64,000 nucleotides of DNA from Deltaproteobacteria bacterium (GTDB lineage: Bacteria; Desulfobacterota; Binatia; Binatales; Binataceae). Both the position numbers and the translations under genes were made by a program. Shown here in pieces: positions 27,577 through 36,977 of this stretch. The notes under the pieces are model-generated. The model did no database searches and was not told the DNA's origin. It worked only from the letters and a program-made list of their open reading frames with translations. Location: assembly GCA_027317185.1 (NCBI GenBank), contig DAHVFB010000004.1, positions 10,401 through 74,400 on the forward strand. The letters run 5' to 3'. Position 1 is the first letter of the stretch; each line of letters opens with the position of its first letter.

Positions 27577-28785
27577 ATGACCAACGCTACCTGGATTTCT
27601 AAAATCGCCGGGACACTGGCGATCGTAATCGCCGCTGGTTTGTTGGCCCTTCCGGCGCGATCCGAGAACCTGCCCGAGAAGAGCACGGTGCGGGTGCTGC
27701 CGTTGCCCGGACCACATTGGGTCTATGTGCTCGATCCGATCAGCAACTCTATGGAAGCGCGATTATCGATCATCGATGGCGACACGCTCGGTTTCGAGGG
27801 CATGGTCAGCGGCGGCTATGTCAGCGTGTTCGCGCTCTCGTCCGATCACAAGTCGCTATACCTTGCCGATACCTACTACAGTCGTGGCACGCGCGGCGAT
27901 CGCACCGATGTCCTCTCGATTTTCGATACCACCACGCTTAAACCGACCGGCGAGGTGATCCTGCCGCCGAAGCGCCTGCTCTCGAATCCGAAGCACTACT
28001 CAATCGGCCTCACGCCTGATAATCGGTTTGTACTTATATCCAATCTGACGCCGGCCACCTCGACCACCGTGGTTGACCTCAAAAGCAGGAAGGTGCTCGG
28101 CGAGATCGATACCCCCGGATGCACCCAGGCGTTGGTCTCGGGGAATCGCAGGTTCACGGCGATCTGCGCCGACGGCGCGCTGATGACGATCACGTTCGGC
28201 GACGACGGTAAAGCTACGGCCAAAAACCGCGCCAAGCCGTTCTTCAACGTGGACAAAGATCCGGTTTTCGATCAGCCGGTGATGATCGGCGCAACTGTCT
28301 ACTTCGTCTCCTATGATGGAATGGTCTATCCGGTCGATCTCAGCGGCGACACCGCAAATCCCGGCAATTCGTGGGCGATGCTCAGCGATCAGGACAGGGC
28401 CGCGCACTGGCTACCGGGAGGATGGGAACTCGAAGCGGTCAGTCCGCGGCGCGGACTGCTGTACGTGCTGATGCATCAGGGTGGCGAGTGGACACATGAG
28501 GAGTCCGGCACGCAGATTTGGATCTACGATCTGAAGCAGCAAAAGAAAGTGGCCACGATGGTCCTGCCCCAGGTTGCCGATTCAATTTATGTGACCCAGG
28601 ATGACGACCATCCGTTGCTGTTCGCCGCCTCTCACGACAACGGCACTATGCAGGTTTTTGATGCGCTCAAGCATACCTATTCCGGGACCATCAAAGAGCT
28701 GGGATCGCCGTGGCTCATTTATGGACCATCTCCGATCGCAGCGCCCGGCTCATCGCCGGCGGCGCAGAGCACGAGTGTCAAATGA
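27577..28785 (+). CDS. mauB: methylamine/aromatic-amine dehydrogenase heavy chain (seven-bladed propeller)
   Basis: signal peptide; about 400-aa MADH/AADH large-subunit family; followed by mauE and mauD. Confidence 0.8.
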   Translation: MTNATWISKIAGTLAIVIAAGLLALPARSENLPEKSTVRVLPLPGPHWVYVLDPISNSMEARLSIIDGDTLGFEGMVSGGYVSVFALSSDHKSLYLADTYYSRGTRGDRTDVLSIFDTTTLKPTGEVILPPKRLLSNPKHYSIGLTPDNRFVLISNLTPATSTTVVDLKSRKVLGEIDTPGCTQALVSGNRRFTAICADGALMTITFGDDGKATAKNRAKPFFNVDKDPVFDQPVMIGATVYFVSYDGMVYPVDLSGDTANPGNSWAMLSDQDRAAHWLPGGWELEAVSPRRGLLYVLMHQGGEWTHEESGTQIWIYDLKQQKKVATMVLPQVADSIYVTQDDDHPLLFAASHDNGTMQVFDALKHTYSGTIKELGSPWLIYGPSPIAAPGSSPAAQSTSVK

Positions 28786-29324
28786 TCGATCCGGTGCTGC
28801 TCTGGATCACGGCGCTGGCCGCCGCGCTGGTTTTTGCGTCCTCGGCGTTAATGAAGTTTCGCAATCTTGAAACCTTCGAGGGCGCGGTGGTCAATTATCG
28901 AATGCTGCCGAAGTTTTTCGCCCGGCCTTTCGCGTATGCGGTTCCGATCGCGGAGCTTTCCGGCGCGATCGCGATCGTGATGCCAGTGACGCGTGTGATG
29001 GGATCGATCGTGCTGCTGTGCCTGACATTCGCCTTCACCGCCGCGATCGTGATCAATCTGATGCGCGGCCGTTATGACGTAGACTGCGGATGCTTCGGAC
29101 CGGCCCTGCGCCAGACGCTTAGCTGGTGGCTGGTGATCCGCAATGTGATGCTCATGGGGATGGTTGCCATCGCTTCCTGCCGGGCCGACGATCGCGCGCT
29201 GAGCTTATTCGATTGGTTCACCGTCACGGCCGGTGTCGTCACGCTGCTGGTGCTCTATGCCGGCGCCAATTACGCCTTCGCCAATCTGTCAAAGCTTCGC
29301 GAGCTGGGCACTCGTTATGCTTGA
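28782..29324 (+). CDS. mauE: methylamine utilisation membrane protein MauE
   Basis: four to five TM helices; MauE family; ATGA overlap with the mauB stop. Confidence 0.75.
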   Translation: MIDPVLLWITALAAALVFASSALMKFRNLETFEGAVVNYRMLPKFFARPFAYAVPIAELSGAIAIVMPVTRVMGSIVLLCLTFAFTAAIVINLMRGRYDVDCGCFGPALRQTLSWWLVIRNVMLMGMVAIASCRADDRALSLFDWFTVTAGVVTLLVLYAGANYAFANLSKLRELGTRYA

Positions 29325-29949
29325 AGCGCTCCTGATCTCGCAAGCCGTTTTGTGGGTTTTGGTGCTCGGCCTCGCGGCTCTGGTATTGGCGCTGCTGCGG
29401 CAAATCGGGGTGCTGCATGAGCGTATAACACCGATGGGCGCGCTGACGCTCGACCATGGCCCGAAGGAGGGCGAACCGTCTCCGCGGTTCGATATTCCTG
29501 ATTTCCTCGGGCGCGGAACGGTTCGAATTGGTGGCCCGCGCGACAACGGCCATAGCTTATTATTGATGTTCGTCGCGCCGGGTTGTCCGGTATGTAAGAA
29601 ACTGCTGCCGATCATCAAGTCGGTGGCGCAAAGCGAATCCGATTGGCTCGATACCGTGCTCGCCAGCGATGGCGAGGTAGACGATCAGCGCCTCTTCGTC
29701 GAAGATCACAAACTCGACCATTTTCCTTATGTGCTATCCGGTGAGTTGGGCATGACCTACCGTATCGGCAAGTTGCCTTATGGGCTGCTGATCGACGGAT
29801 CGGGCGTGGTCAGGGCCAAGGGCCTGATCAATACCAGAGAACATCTTGAAAGCCTGATACAGGCCAGGCAGATGGGCATGGCCTCGATTCAGGAATATCT
29901 CGAAAAGGGCGGCGGGAAGTCTGAAATAACTAATCGGACGGGATTTTGA
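29317..29949 (+). CDS. mauD: MauD-like thiol:disulfide oxidoreductase (thioredoxin fold, CPVC)
   Basis: N-terminal TM anchor; FVAPGCPVCKKLLP CxxC motif; mauB-E-D synteny; overlaps the mauE stop by 8 nt. Confidence 0.7.
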   Translation: MLEALLISQAVLWVLVLGLAALVLALLRQIGVLHERITPMGALTLDHGPKEGEPSPRFDIPDFLGRGTVRIGGPRDNGHSLLLMFVAPGCPVCKKLLPIIKSVAQSESDWLDTVLASDGEVDDQRLFVEDHKLDHFPYVLSGELGMTYRIGKLPYGLLIDGSGVVRAKGLINTREHLESLIQARQMGMASIQEYLEKGGGKSEITNRTGF

Positions 29950-30388
29950 TGCCCTGGGCCGCAAGCTGCGACGCCAGCCTGGCCCGCACGACGCCGATAT
30001 TGTTCAGCTGGTGAGGGCGGTACTTCGCCACCTCGGCTTCGGTATAGGGCTTGAAGTCAGTCGGAAGCTGATCGCTGCTGAAGGCTGACAGCATCCAGTT
30101 CATCACCTGCGCCACCTGGGCATTGCTCAACGACGATCCGGCCACGCCCGGAACTTCGATCAGATACTCGCGCCCGCCGGGTACCTGAAGGAAATATCCA
30201 ACCGTATCTTTGAGTCGCGGCACCGCGCCCGCGATCCCCTCGCCATGCGGCTGGTGGCATCCCCAGCAATTCATCACGTAAAGCTGTGCCGGAGCGGAGA
30301 ATTTATCGTGCGAAAGCGGTGGATGTTCGCCGGCGAACACACCTGTCGCGATCATTGATAAAAACGCGAATGCAAGCGCGCCCTTCAT
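29930..30388 (-). CDS. monoheme c-type cytochrome, secreted
   Basis: signal MKGALAFAFLSMIATGVFA; single CWGCH heme-binding site; immediately downstream of mauA on the same strand. Confidence 0.75.
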   Translation of the reverse strand: MKGALAFAFLSMIATGVFAGEHPPLSHDKFSAPAQLYVMNCWGCHQPHGEGIAGAVPRLKDTVGYFLQVPGGREYLIEVPGVAGSSLSNAQVAQVMNWMLSAFSSDQLPTDFKPYTEAEVAKYRPHQLNNIGVVRARLASQLAAQGIKIPSD

Positions 30389-30444
30389 CTGGCATTTTCG
30401 GCGCCGCGAAACGGATCCGCCTCCGGCCGTCCCCATCCAGCCGG

Positions 30445-30996
30445 CTAGACTTTTTCTCCAAGGATGACGGCCGTGGTGCAATGATAAGTCATCTCCCTCG
30501 AGCCGAAACACCAGACGGTGTCGTTGTTGAGCTGGGTTCGATAGATGGGCATCTCGCCCTGATTGTTATCGCACATGCAGCGGTCACACTGAGCTTTGCC
30601 GCAGCAGTCGCGGTAGGCGACGATATAAGCGCGGCCGTCGCTGGGATGCTTACAAGTGCCGACCCACGCGGTGGGCGAGGCCACCGTTCCGGCCGGACAT
30701 TCGGTAATCGATCCGCCGCAGCAACTGCACAGGAAGCCGTCGAAGGCGCAGTAGCGCCAGTAGTCGCAGGAGGTCTCGCCACCGCCCTCGCCGGCGGCGT
30801 GCTCTTCGTTGTAGCCCTGCGCATGGGCTTTGCCGGTGACCCGATCGATCGGCAGCAACGGCAGCATCGCGCCGCCCAAAGCCAGTTTTCCAAGTCTCAC
30901 CAGAAAGCTGCGCCGCGAGGTGCGCTGGGCTACGCGGCGTGTCAGCCGCTCGACGATTCCATCCACTATCGATTTTGCTCCTATAGCCGGGCCCAC
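30445..30996 (-). CDS. mauA: methylamine/aromatic-amine dehydrogenase light chain (TTQ-bearing subunit)
   Basis: Tat motif SRRSFLV; SCDYWRYC...TAWVGTC...YIVAYRDCCG...TVWCFG collinear with the MADH beta subunit, including both TTQ tryptophans and the disulfide cysteines. Confidence 0.9.
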   Translation of the reverse strand: MGPAIGAKSIVDGIVERLTRRVAQRTSRRSFLVRLGKLALGGAMLPLLPIDRVTGKAHAQGYNEEHAAGEGGGETSCDYWRYCAFDGFLCSCCGGSITECPAGTVASPTAWVGTCKHPSDGRAYIVAYRDCCGKAQCDRCMCDNNQGEMPIYRTQLNNDTVWCFGSREMTYHCTTAVILGEKV

Positions 30997-31187
30997 GGGT
31001 TCAAGCCGATTTCCGCCGCGGACGCTCTTACCTAAATCCAGTCTTACCGGCCTGTCAATCGAGCCTTGGCGAGGGTCGTTTCAGGCTCATCAATATTTGA
31101 TGTTGCAGCGGTTCATGATCGGCGGGAAACGTGGTACGAAGGAGCACAAGCGCGATCCGCATACCGATCGCGATGCAGGAGGCAGAT

Positions 31188-32282
31188 ATGAATCTGGGAC
31201 TCTTCCTGATGCCGTCGCATCCGCCGGAACGGGACCTCAGAGCCGGTCAGGGGTGGGATTTGGAGATGCTGCGAATGGCCGACGAACTCGGCTATCACGA
31301 AGCCTGGATCGGCGAGCATTTCACGGCGCCGTGGGAGCCCAATCCCGCTCCCGACCTCCTGATCGCACAAGCGTTGATGCAGACCCGGCGGATTAAACTC
31401 GCCTCGGGAGCGCATCTGCTGCCGTATCATCATCCGGCCGAACTCGCCTGCCGCGTGGCCTTTATGGACCATCTGGCGCAGGGCCGTTATATGTTCGGAA
31501 TCGGCGCGGGTGGCCTGCCGAGCGACTCGAAGCTGTTCCAGGTTGAAGGCCTCAACCGCGAGATGACGCGGGAGTCGCTCGACATGATTCTCAAGATTTG
31601 GGAATCCGACGGCGGTTTCGAGCACCAGGGCAAGTTCTGGAAGGTGAATGTACCGGATCCTATGATGCGCACTCTGCGCCATCATCTGAAGCCGTTTCAG
31701 AAACCCCATCCGCCGATCGGAGTCGCCGGGATGAGTCCAGGTTCGGAGACGCTGAAGTTGGCGGGCGAACGCGGATTTATCCCGATGACCCTCAATCTCA
31801 GCTCGCAATATGCGGCAACCCATTGGGAAGCGGTGCTGGAGGGCGCGGATCGGACCGGGCGCAAGCCTGATCGCCGCAACTGGCGCATGGTGCGCGAGAC
31901 CTTGGTGGCTGATACCGATGAGGAAGCCTACGAGGCCTGCATCAACGGTGCGATGGGCCGCATGATGCGTCAATATCTGCTGCCGCTGATGACTGACGTC
32001 GGGATGATTCAGTATATGAAGGACGACCCGAATATGGCCGACGAAAAGCTCACGCCCGAGTATCTGTTCGATCACGGATGGCTGGTCGGATCGGTGAAAA
32101 CCGTTACTCAAAAGCTCGAGGAGATGTACCAGAGCGTCGGCGGATTCGGCACGCTTTTGTTGTTAGGCTTCGATTACCTCGACCATCCTGCGCCGTGGGT
32201 CAAATCGATGCGCCTGATGGCGAACGAGGTGCTGCCCCGTTTCATGAGCTCGGGCATCGAGCAATCCAGCGCCGCCGCTTGA
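31188..32282 (+). CDS. LLM-class (luciferase-like) flavin/F420-dependent oxidoreductase
   Basis: bacterial luciferase TIM-barrel family (MNLGLFL...EAWIGEHF); divergent from mauA. Confidence 0.8.
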   Translation: MNLGLFLMPSHPPERDLRAGQGWDLEMLRMADELGYHEAWIGEHFTAPWEPNPAPDLLIAQALMQTRRIKLASGAHLLPYHHPAELACRVAFMDHLAQGRYMFGIGAGGLPSDSKLFQVEGLNREMTRESLDMILKIWESDGGFEHQGKFWKVNVPDPMMRTLRHHLKPFQKPHPPIGVAGMSPGSETLKLAGERGFIPMTLNLSSQYAATHWEAVLEGADRTGRKPDRRNWRMVRETLVADTDEEAYEACINGAMGRMMRQYLLPLMTDVGMIQYMKDDPNMADEKLTPEYLFDHGWLVGSVKTVTQKLEEMYQSVGGFGTLLLLGFDYLDHPAPWVKSMRLMANEVLPRFMSSGIEQSSAAA

Positions 32283-32364
32283 TCCATGGGCGAGCAGGTG
32301 GGCGCTTGCCACGCTCGTGCGAATATCGTTTGAACGAACCGCAGCCGAGGAGGGACTGGTCAGT

Positions 32365-32829
32365 ATGGCATACCCATTCCGAGTGATCTTAAGTCCGGTG
32401 CAATTCGATGAGAATTCCGTCGCCGCGATGACGCTGGCCAAAGAGATGACCGAGCGCAACGGCGCAACGATCTACCTGCTGCACGTGGTGCCGACCTTGC
32501 CGGCCCTCGGCGAGGCCTCGATTTCCGAGCATGTGGGCAGCGCGGAAGAAAGCAAGGCGCGCAGCATGCTGGAGGAGATCGCGCAAAAATATTTGCAGGG
32601 CATGAAGCACGAGCTGGTGGTGCGCGGTGCGTTCATCTCCGAGACCGCTAATGCGGTGGTCGAGGTGGCGAAGGAGATCAATGCGGATCTAATCGTGATG
32701 GCGACGCATGGCCGCGCCGGCCTGCCGCACTTCTTCATGGGCAGCGTGACTGAGGGTGTGATGCGCGGCGCACCGTGTCCCGTGCTCACGATAAAGCCGG
32801 AGCATCTGCGGGATCGAGTCGCGCGTTAG
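32365..32829 (+). CDS. universal stress protein
   Basis: UspA fold, ATP-binding GSVTEGVMRGAPCPVL. Confidence 0.85.
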   Translation: MAYPFRVILSPVQFDENSVAAMTLAKEMTERNGATIYLLHVVPTLPALGEASISEHVGSAEESKARSMLEEIAQKYLQGMKHELVVRGAFISETANAVVEVAKEINADLIVMATHGRAGLPHFFMGSVTEGVMRGAPCPVLTIKPEHLRDRVAR

Positions 32830-32839
32830 CTGCGCCGCC

Positions 32840-33853
32840 TCAGGGAATAATCGCGAGGTCGTAGGCCGGCGGAAGTCCGCTGGCGATGGCCGCGATGCGG
32901 TCGCGGCCAGCCTCGGAACGAATCACCGTTCCCTCGTTCAGTACGCCAAAGAAGCCATCTCCGGCCTCGGGATCTTCGCGCAACCGCATCACCATGCCGC
33001 GGGTTCCTTCGCCGCCGGAGCCGATCGGCTGAAAGCTCCATCCATTGTCGTCGCTGCGAAAAAATCGCGCGTCAGCGCCTGCCGGCCGTGACCAGCCCGG
33101 CGGCGGACCCGCCGCAGCGGCCGTGTACACCGATGCTGCCGAACCGTGCCGTACCAGCAGGGGGACGGTGTAGCTGCGCGTTAGTCCGTCCGTGATATGC
33201 CGCCAGGCCGCGCCGGCATCTTCCGACAGATAGAAGCCGTCGCCGGTAGTCGCGTACAGGCGCCGTGAGTTCGCGGGATCAACCGCGATCGTATGGATAT
33301 CGGTGTAGATGCCTTTGTTCAGCGCTTCGAACGAATCTCCCAAATCGCGCGAGCGAAACACGCCGCCTTCCTCGACGCCAACGTACATGGTCGAGGACTG
33401 ATTGGGATCGAAGGAAATCGATCGCACATGCGGGATATGCGGGGGCGGCGGAAAAGTCCATCGATCGCGTCCCGGTACCTTTTGGAAGGCGAGGCATTCG
33501 CGGAACTTCAACCCCCGATCCGAGCTGCGAAACAGGCGGGCGTGCGAAGTGCCAACGAATATTTCGCCGGGACGGTCCGGCGGCGCACCCAGCGCCCATA
33601 CGTCCTCGTCCGTGCCCAGACTCGGCGTGATATCGGTCCAGCTTCGACCGCCATCGCGCGATCGCGCCAGCACCCCGCGACCACGCCCCGAGGTCATAAA
33701 TCCGTTCGCGCCCGCGTAGATTACCGCCCGATCCTCCGCGTCCTGCGCGATACACCAGATTGCCGACGGCTCCGCCAAAACCATCACCGGCGTTCCACCG
33801 CGCGCCGGATCGAGAATCACGATTCCCTTGCTGGTCCCAACGCAAAGTTTCAT
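32840..33853 (-). CDS. BNR/Asp-box repeat beta-propeller protein (sialidase/Ycf48-like fold)
   Basis: repeated S-x-D-x-G-x-(S/T)-W motifs (SRDGGRSW, SEDAGAAW, SDDNGWSF). Confidence 0.7.
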   Translation of the reverse strand: MKLCVGTSKGIVILDPARGGTPVMVLAEPSAIWCIAQDAEDRAVIYAGANGFMTSGRGRGVLARSRDGGRSWTDITPSLGTDEDVWALGAPPDRPGEIFVGTSHARLFRSSDRGLKFRECLAFQKVPGRDRWTFPPPPHIPHVRSISFDPNQSSTMYVGVEEGGVFRSRDLGDSFEALNKGIYTDIHTIAVDPANSRRLYATTGDGFYLSEDAGAAWRHITDGLTRSYTVPLLVRHGSAASVYTAAAAGPPPGWSRPAGADARFFRSDDNGWSFQPIGSGGEGTRGMVMRLREDPEAGDGFFGVLNEGTVIRSEAGRDRIAAIASGLPPAYDLAIIP

Positions 33854-33981
33854 GGCGATTATCTCCAGTTAATCATCCTTCGGTTTGAAGGCTCCGGAGT
33901 AAAGACGTATGCGAAGGGCCGGATCGTACTCCAAACCGGTCTGGGAAAGAACCCGCTGGCCCGCAGTCGTGTATGGTCCGC

Positions 33982-34971
33982 TCAGGTTAATTTCGCGCGG
34001 ATTGTCAATCCCTCCGCAACCAGATCGGCCGGCGCAAGCTTTTTGCCGCTATCGGCCAAGCGCACGCGCCTAACTGTTAAGGTGCCGCCCGCGAGCGCGA
34101 TCCGCATTCCGGCCCCATCGATCCCAACGATGGTGCCGGCCGTTTCCGCGGGCGCTTCGGGGTTCAGTGACGCGTCATAGAGGGTCAGCCGGCGGCCGCT
34201 CAATTCCGCGTTAGCGCCGGGTTGCGGATCGCATCCGCGCACCAAATTATAAACCACATCGGCCGGCTTCGAAAAATCGATTCTGGCCTGCTCCGCGCGG
34301 CATGGCTGCTCATACGTGGCGCGGCTTTCATCCTGGGCGATGGCCGGCGGATCGCCGTGTTTGATCAAATCGATCGCTTCGCCCAGCGTGGCGATCCCCA
34401 GCGGAAAAATTTTGTCGAAATAAAGTGAGCCGGTGGTGTCGTCGGGTCCGATCGCGACCGTGCGCTGGATCAGGAGCGGCCCGGTATCGATTCCCTGGTC
34501 GGGCCAGAACCAGCTCACCCCGGTTTCCCGATCACCGTCGATTATTGCCCAGTTCAGCGCGCTCGCTCCACGCCGGCGCGGCAGCAGCGACGGATGAAAA
34601 CAGATCGATTTAAATCGGGGTGCGTACAAAACCCGTTCGGGCACGATTATCGTCACGAAGGCCAATACCGCGAGATCGGCATTCAGCGACACGAAGTGCT
34701 GATAGGCCTCGTCGCTTTTGAAGGATTTGGGTTGGCTCAGCGCAAGGCCCAGTTCGATAGCTTTGCGCTTTAGCGGATCGGGGCGGCCCGAGGGTGGATC
34801 GGGCGGCGCGAAGACATGAACGATCTCCTCACCGCGCGCATGCAGTGTTTCGAGGGCCTTTTCAGCGAACGCGGCTTGTCCAATCAATGCGATACGCAAA
34901 CCAGCACCTCCATCGTCAGGCCATGACGCTACCAAATCGAAACGAAAGGCGCAGCATTCGGCAGCGTTCAA
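33982..34971 (-). CDS. formyltransferase-family protein (Fmt/PurN-like paralog)
   Basis: N-domain of the formyl-transferase fold (HPSLLPRRRGASALNWAII) plus Fmt-like C-domain; no def neighbour; homology begins at LRIALIG, so the true start is probably a TTG near 34896. Confidence 0.65.
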   Translation of the reverse strand: MNAAECCAFRFDLVASWPDDGGAGLRIALIGQAAFAEKALETLHARGEEIVHVFAPPDPPSGRPDPLKRKAIELGLALSQPKSFKSDEAYQHFVSLNADLAVLAFVTIIVPERVLYAPRFKSICFHPSLLPRRRGASALNWAIIDGDRETGVSWFWPDQGIDTGPLLIQRTVAIGPDDTTGSLYFDKIFPLGIATLGEAIDLIKHGDPPAIAQDESRATYEQPCRAEQARIDFSKPADVVYNLVRGCDPQPGANAELSGRRLTLYDASLNPEAPAETAGTIVGIDGAGMRIALAGGTLTVRRVRLADSGKKLAPADLVAEGLTIRAKLT

Positions 34972-35096
34972 TTGTTGGCCGATGATGATTCCGATGTAAT
35001 AACAATCCTGCGCTTTGCGCGATCTCGCACGTCAATTGAGACTCGGAAAGGCATTGATCGCAGTCTGGCCTTTTTCAAGGAGAGGTTTCGAGTTGG

Positions 35097-36977
35097 ATGA
35101 AACTGTTTTGGATCTGTTGGCTATGCTTGCTGTTTTCTCTGGCGCCGAGCCCCGCGATCATCAGCGCGCTCGCCGCTGCCCCGCATGGCCGTATTTTCGT
35201 GCTGATGGTATGGGATGGTCTGCGGCCCGATCTGGTTACCAAGGCCGTGACGCCGAATCTGTATGCGCTGGAGCAGGCGGGCGTGCGCTTCGCGCATCAT
35301 CATTCAGTATTCCCTACCGTTACGATGGTTAACGCGGCGGCGATCGCCACCGGTTATCCGCCGGGCGACGCCGGCATCTTCGCCGATGCAATGTACCTGA
35401 CGCCGGCGCTGAAGCATCTGCCGGTCGATCCGGTAAAGCTGAAAGCCATCGCCGATCCGATCGGCCTTGAGCGTACGGCCAATCTGATCGCGCTCAATCA
35501 GCCCGGAATGTTCGACGGCAAGCTGATTCCCATGCCTGGAATCGGGCAGCGCGTGATGCGGGCCGACGGTTACCTGGCGGTGCTGGATAAAACCGGCCCC
35601 ACTTTTCTGTTCGACACTGACCGCTTCACCGGTGCGGGGGACGGCGGCACAAACTCGAAAGCCTGGCTGTTCATGACCGATGACATCCCGGTTTCCGCGG
35701 CGACGGTAAAACGAATCGGACCGCTGCCGGATCTTCGCGTCACCGCGGTTCCCTTTGCGGCGCGCGATTCATGGTACACCGACGCGGTTATCGCGCAGGC
35801 GCTGCCCGCCGCGATTGCGGCCAGCAAGGCCGGCCATCCCGCGTTGATCGTGTTATGGCAGCGCAACCCGGACATCACGCAGCATATCACCGGTTTGGGT
35901 GCTCAGTTGGCGCTGGCGGCGCTGTCGAATGACGATCACAATCTCGGCCGGCTGAGATCCGCGATTGCGGCGGATGGAGTGGCTGATCGGGTAGATCTGA
36001 TGGTGGTTTCCGATCATGGGTTCGCGACCGCCGATAAGATGGTCGATATTGCCGGGTTACTGGTCGCGGCAGGTTTGAAACGATCCGAGAAAAGCGACGA
36101 CTTGGTGGTGGTGGGAAGTCAGGGCGCGACTTTGCTTTATCTCTCACCGAACGCCTTCCCGTCTGACCAGGCGCGCGGATCGGAGCTGCAAAAAATCGTC
36201 GATTTCGCCGCCGCCCAGAGTTGGTGCGGCCCGATCTTCGCGCGCGATCCGGCAGGTGGATCGCAAGGCGTTGCGAAGCTCGCGGGGGTATTCGACCAGC
36301 GCGCGTTTGGTCTTTACGATCCACTACGTTCGCCCGATTTGATTATCTCGATGCGCGAATATCCTGACCGTAGTAACCGTGGCCTGACGGGGCCGGATAA
36401 CCCGGCTTTGATGCTTGGTCCGCAGGGACAGCGGACGGTCAAAAACGCCTCGCAGCCCTTGCTCGATCCGGTGCCCGGTACGATCGATGCGATTGGATCG
36501 TCCGCCCGGATGACCACTGGAATGGGCGTGCATGGCGCGGCCGGCGAGCGCGAGTTGCACAATTTCTGCGCCGCTATCGGTCCCGATTTCCGCCGACGGT
36601 TCGTCGATATGCTGCCGACTGGCAACCTCGACGTGGCCCCGACGATCGCCAAGGTTCTCGGCTTGCGATCGGATTTTCCGCCCGCCAATGCCACCGCCGG
36701 GCGGGTAATCGCGGAAGCGTTGATCGGCGGCGTTACGAAAGTTCGATCCCAAACCAGCACCGTCGCGACGCGGCTCACGTTGTCCGGAACCGAGATAACC
36801 ACCAGCCTGCGGCTGACGCGGGTCGGCCATTATCGATATCTCGATGGCGGCGATGTGCGCCGAAGGAAATTGATCGATCAGCGCGCCCAGGGGATCTCAC
36901 CGCGCCATAACAGCAGGGCAGCAATGATCGTGAGCAGGGTTTCGACTGCTCCGAGCATGAAACGCCAGTCGAAATAA
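35097..36977 (+). CDS. alkaline-phosphatase-superfamily nucleotide pyrophosphatase/phosphodiesterase, secreted
   Basis: signal peptide; type-I phosphodiesterase/NPP metal-site motifs (VWDGLRPD, HHHSVFPTVTMVN) plus a C-terminal extension of about 200 aa. Confidence 0.65.
   Translation: MKLFWICWLCLLFSLAPSPAIISALAAAPHGRIFVLMVWDGLRPDLVTKAVTPNLYALEQAGVRFAHHHSVFPTVTMVNAAAIATGYPPGDAGIFADAMYLTPALKHLPVDPVKLKAIADPIGLERTANLIALNQPGMFDGKLIPMPGIGQRVMRADGYLAVLDKTGPTFLFDTDRFTGAGDGGTNSKAWLFMTDDIPVSAATVKRIGPLPDLRVTAVPFAARDSWYTDAVIAQALPAAIAASKAGHPALIVLWQRNPDITQHITGLGAQLALAALSNDDHNLGRLRSAIAADGVADRVDLMVVSDHGFATADKMVDIAGLLVAAGLKRSEKSDDLVVVGSQGATLLYLSPNAFPSDQARGSELQKIVDFAAAQSWCGPIFARDPAGGSQGVAKLAGVFDQRAFGLYDPLRSPDLIISMREYPDRSNRGLTGPDNPALMLGPQGQRTVKNASQPLLDPVPGTIDAIGSSARMTTGMGVHGAAGERELHNFCAAIGPDFRRRFVDMLPTGNLDVAPTIAKVLGLRSDFPPANATAGRVIAEALIGGVTKVRSQTSTVATRLTLSGTEITTSLRLTRVGHYRYLDGGDVRRRKLIDQRAQGISPRHNSRAAMIVSRVSTAPSMKRQSK

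Noticed and set aside
36878-36977. A 100-bp convergent overlap between the phosphodiesterase gene and the large membrane-protein gene.
   Set aside because: It is probably not true gene overlap. One C-terminus is likely over-extended in a high-GC open frame. I reported both genes as called and flagged the ends as uncertain.
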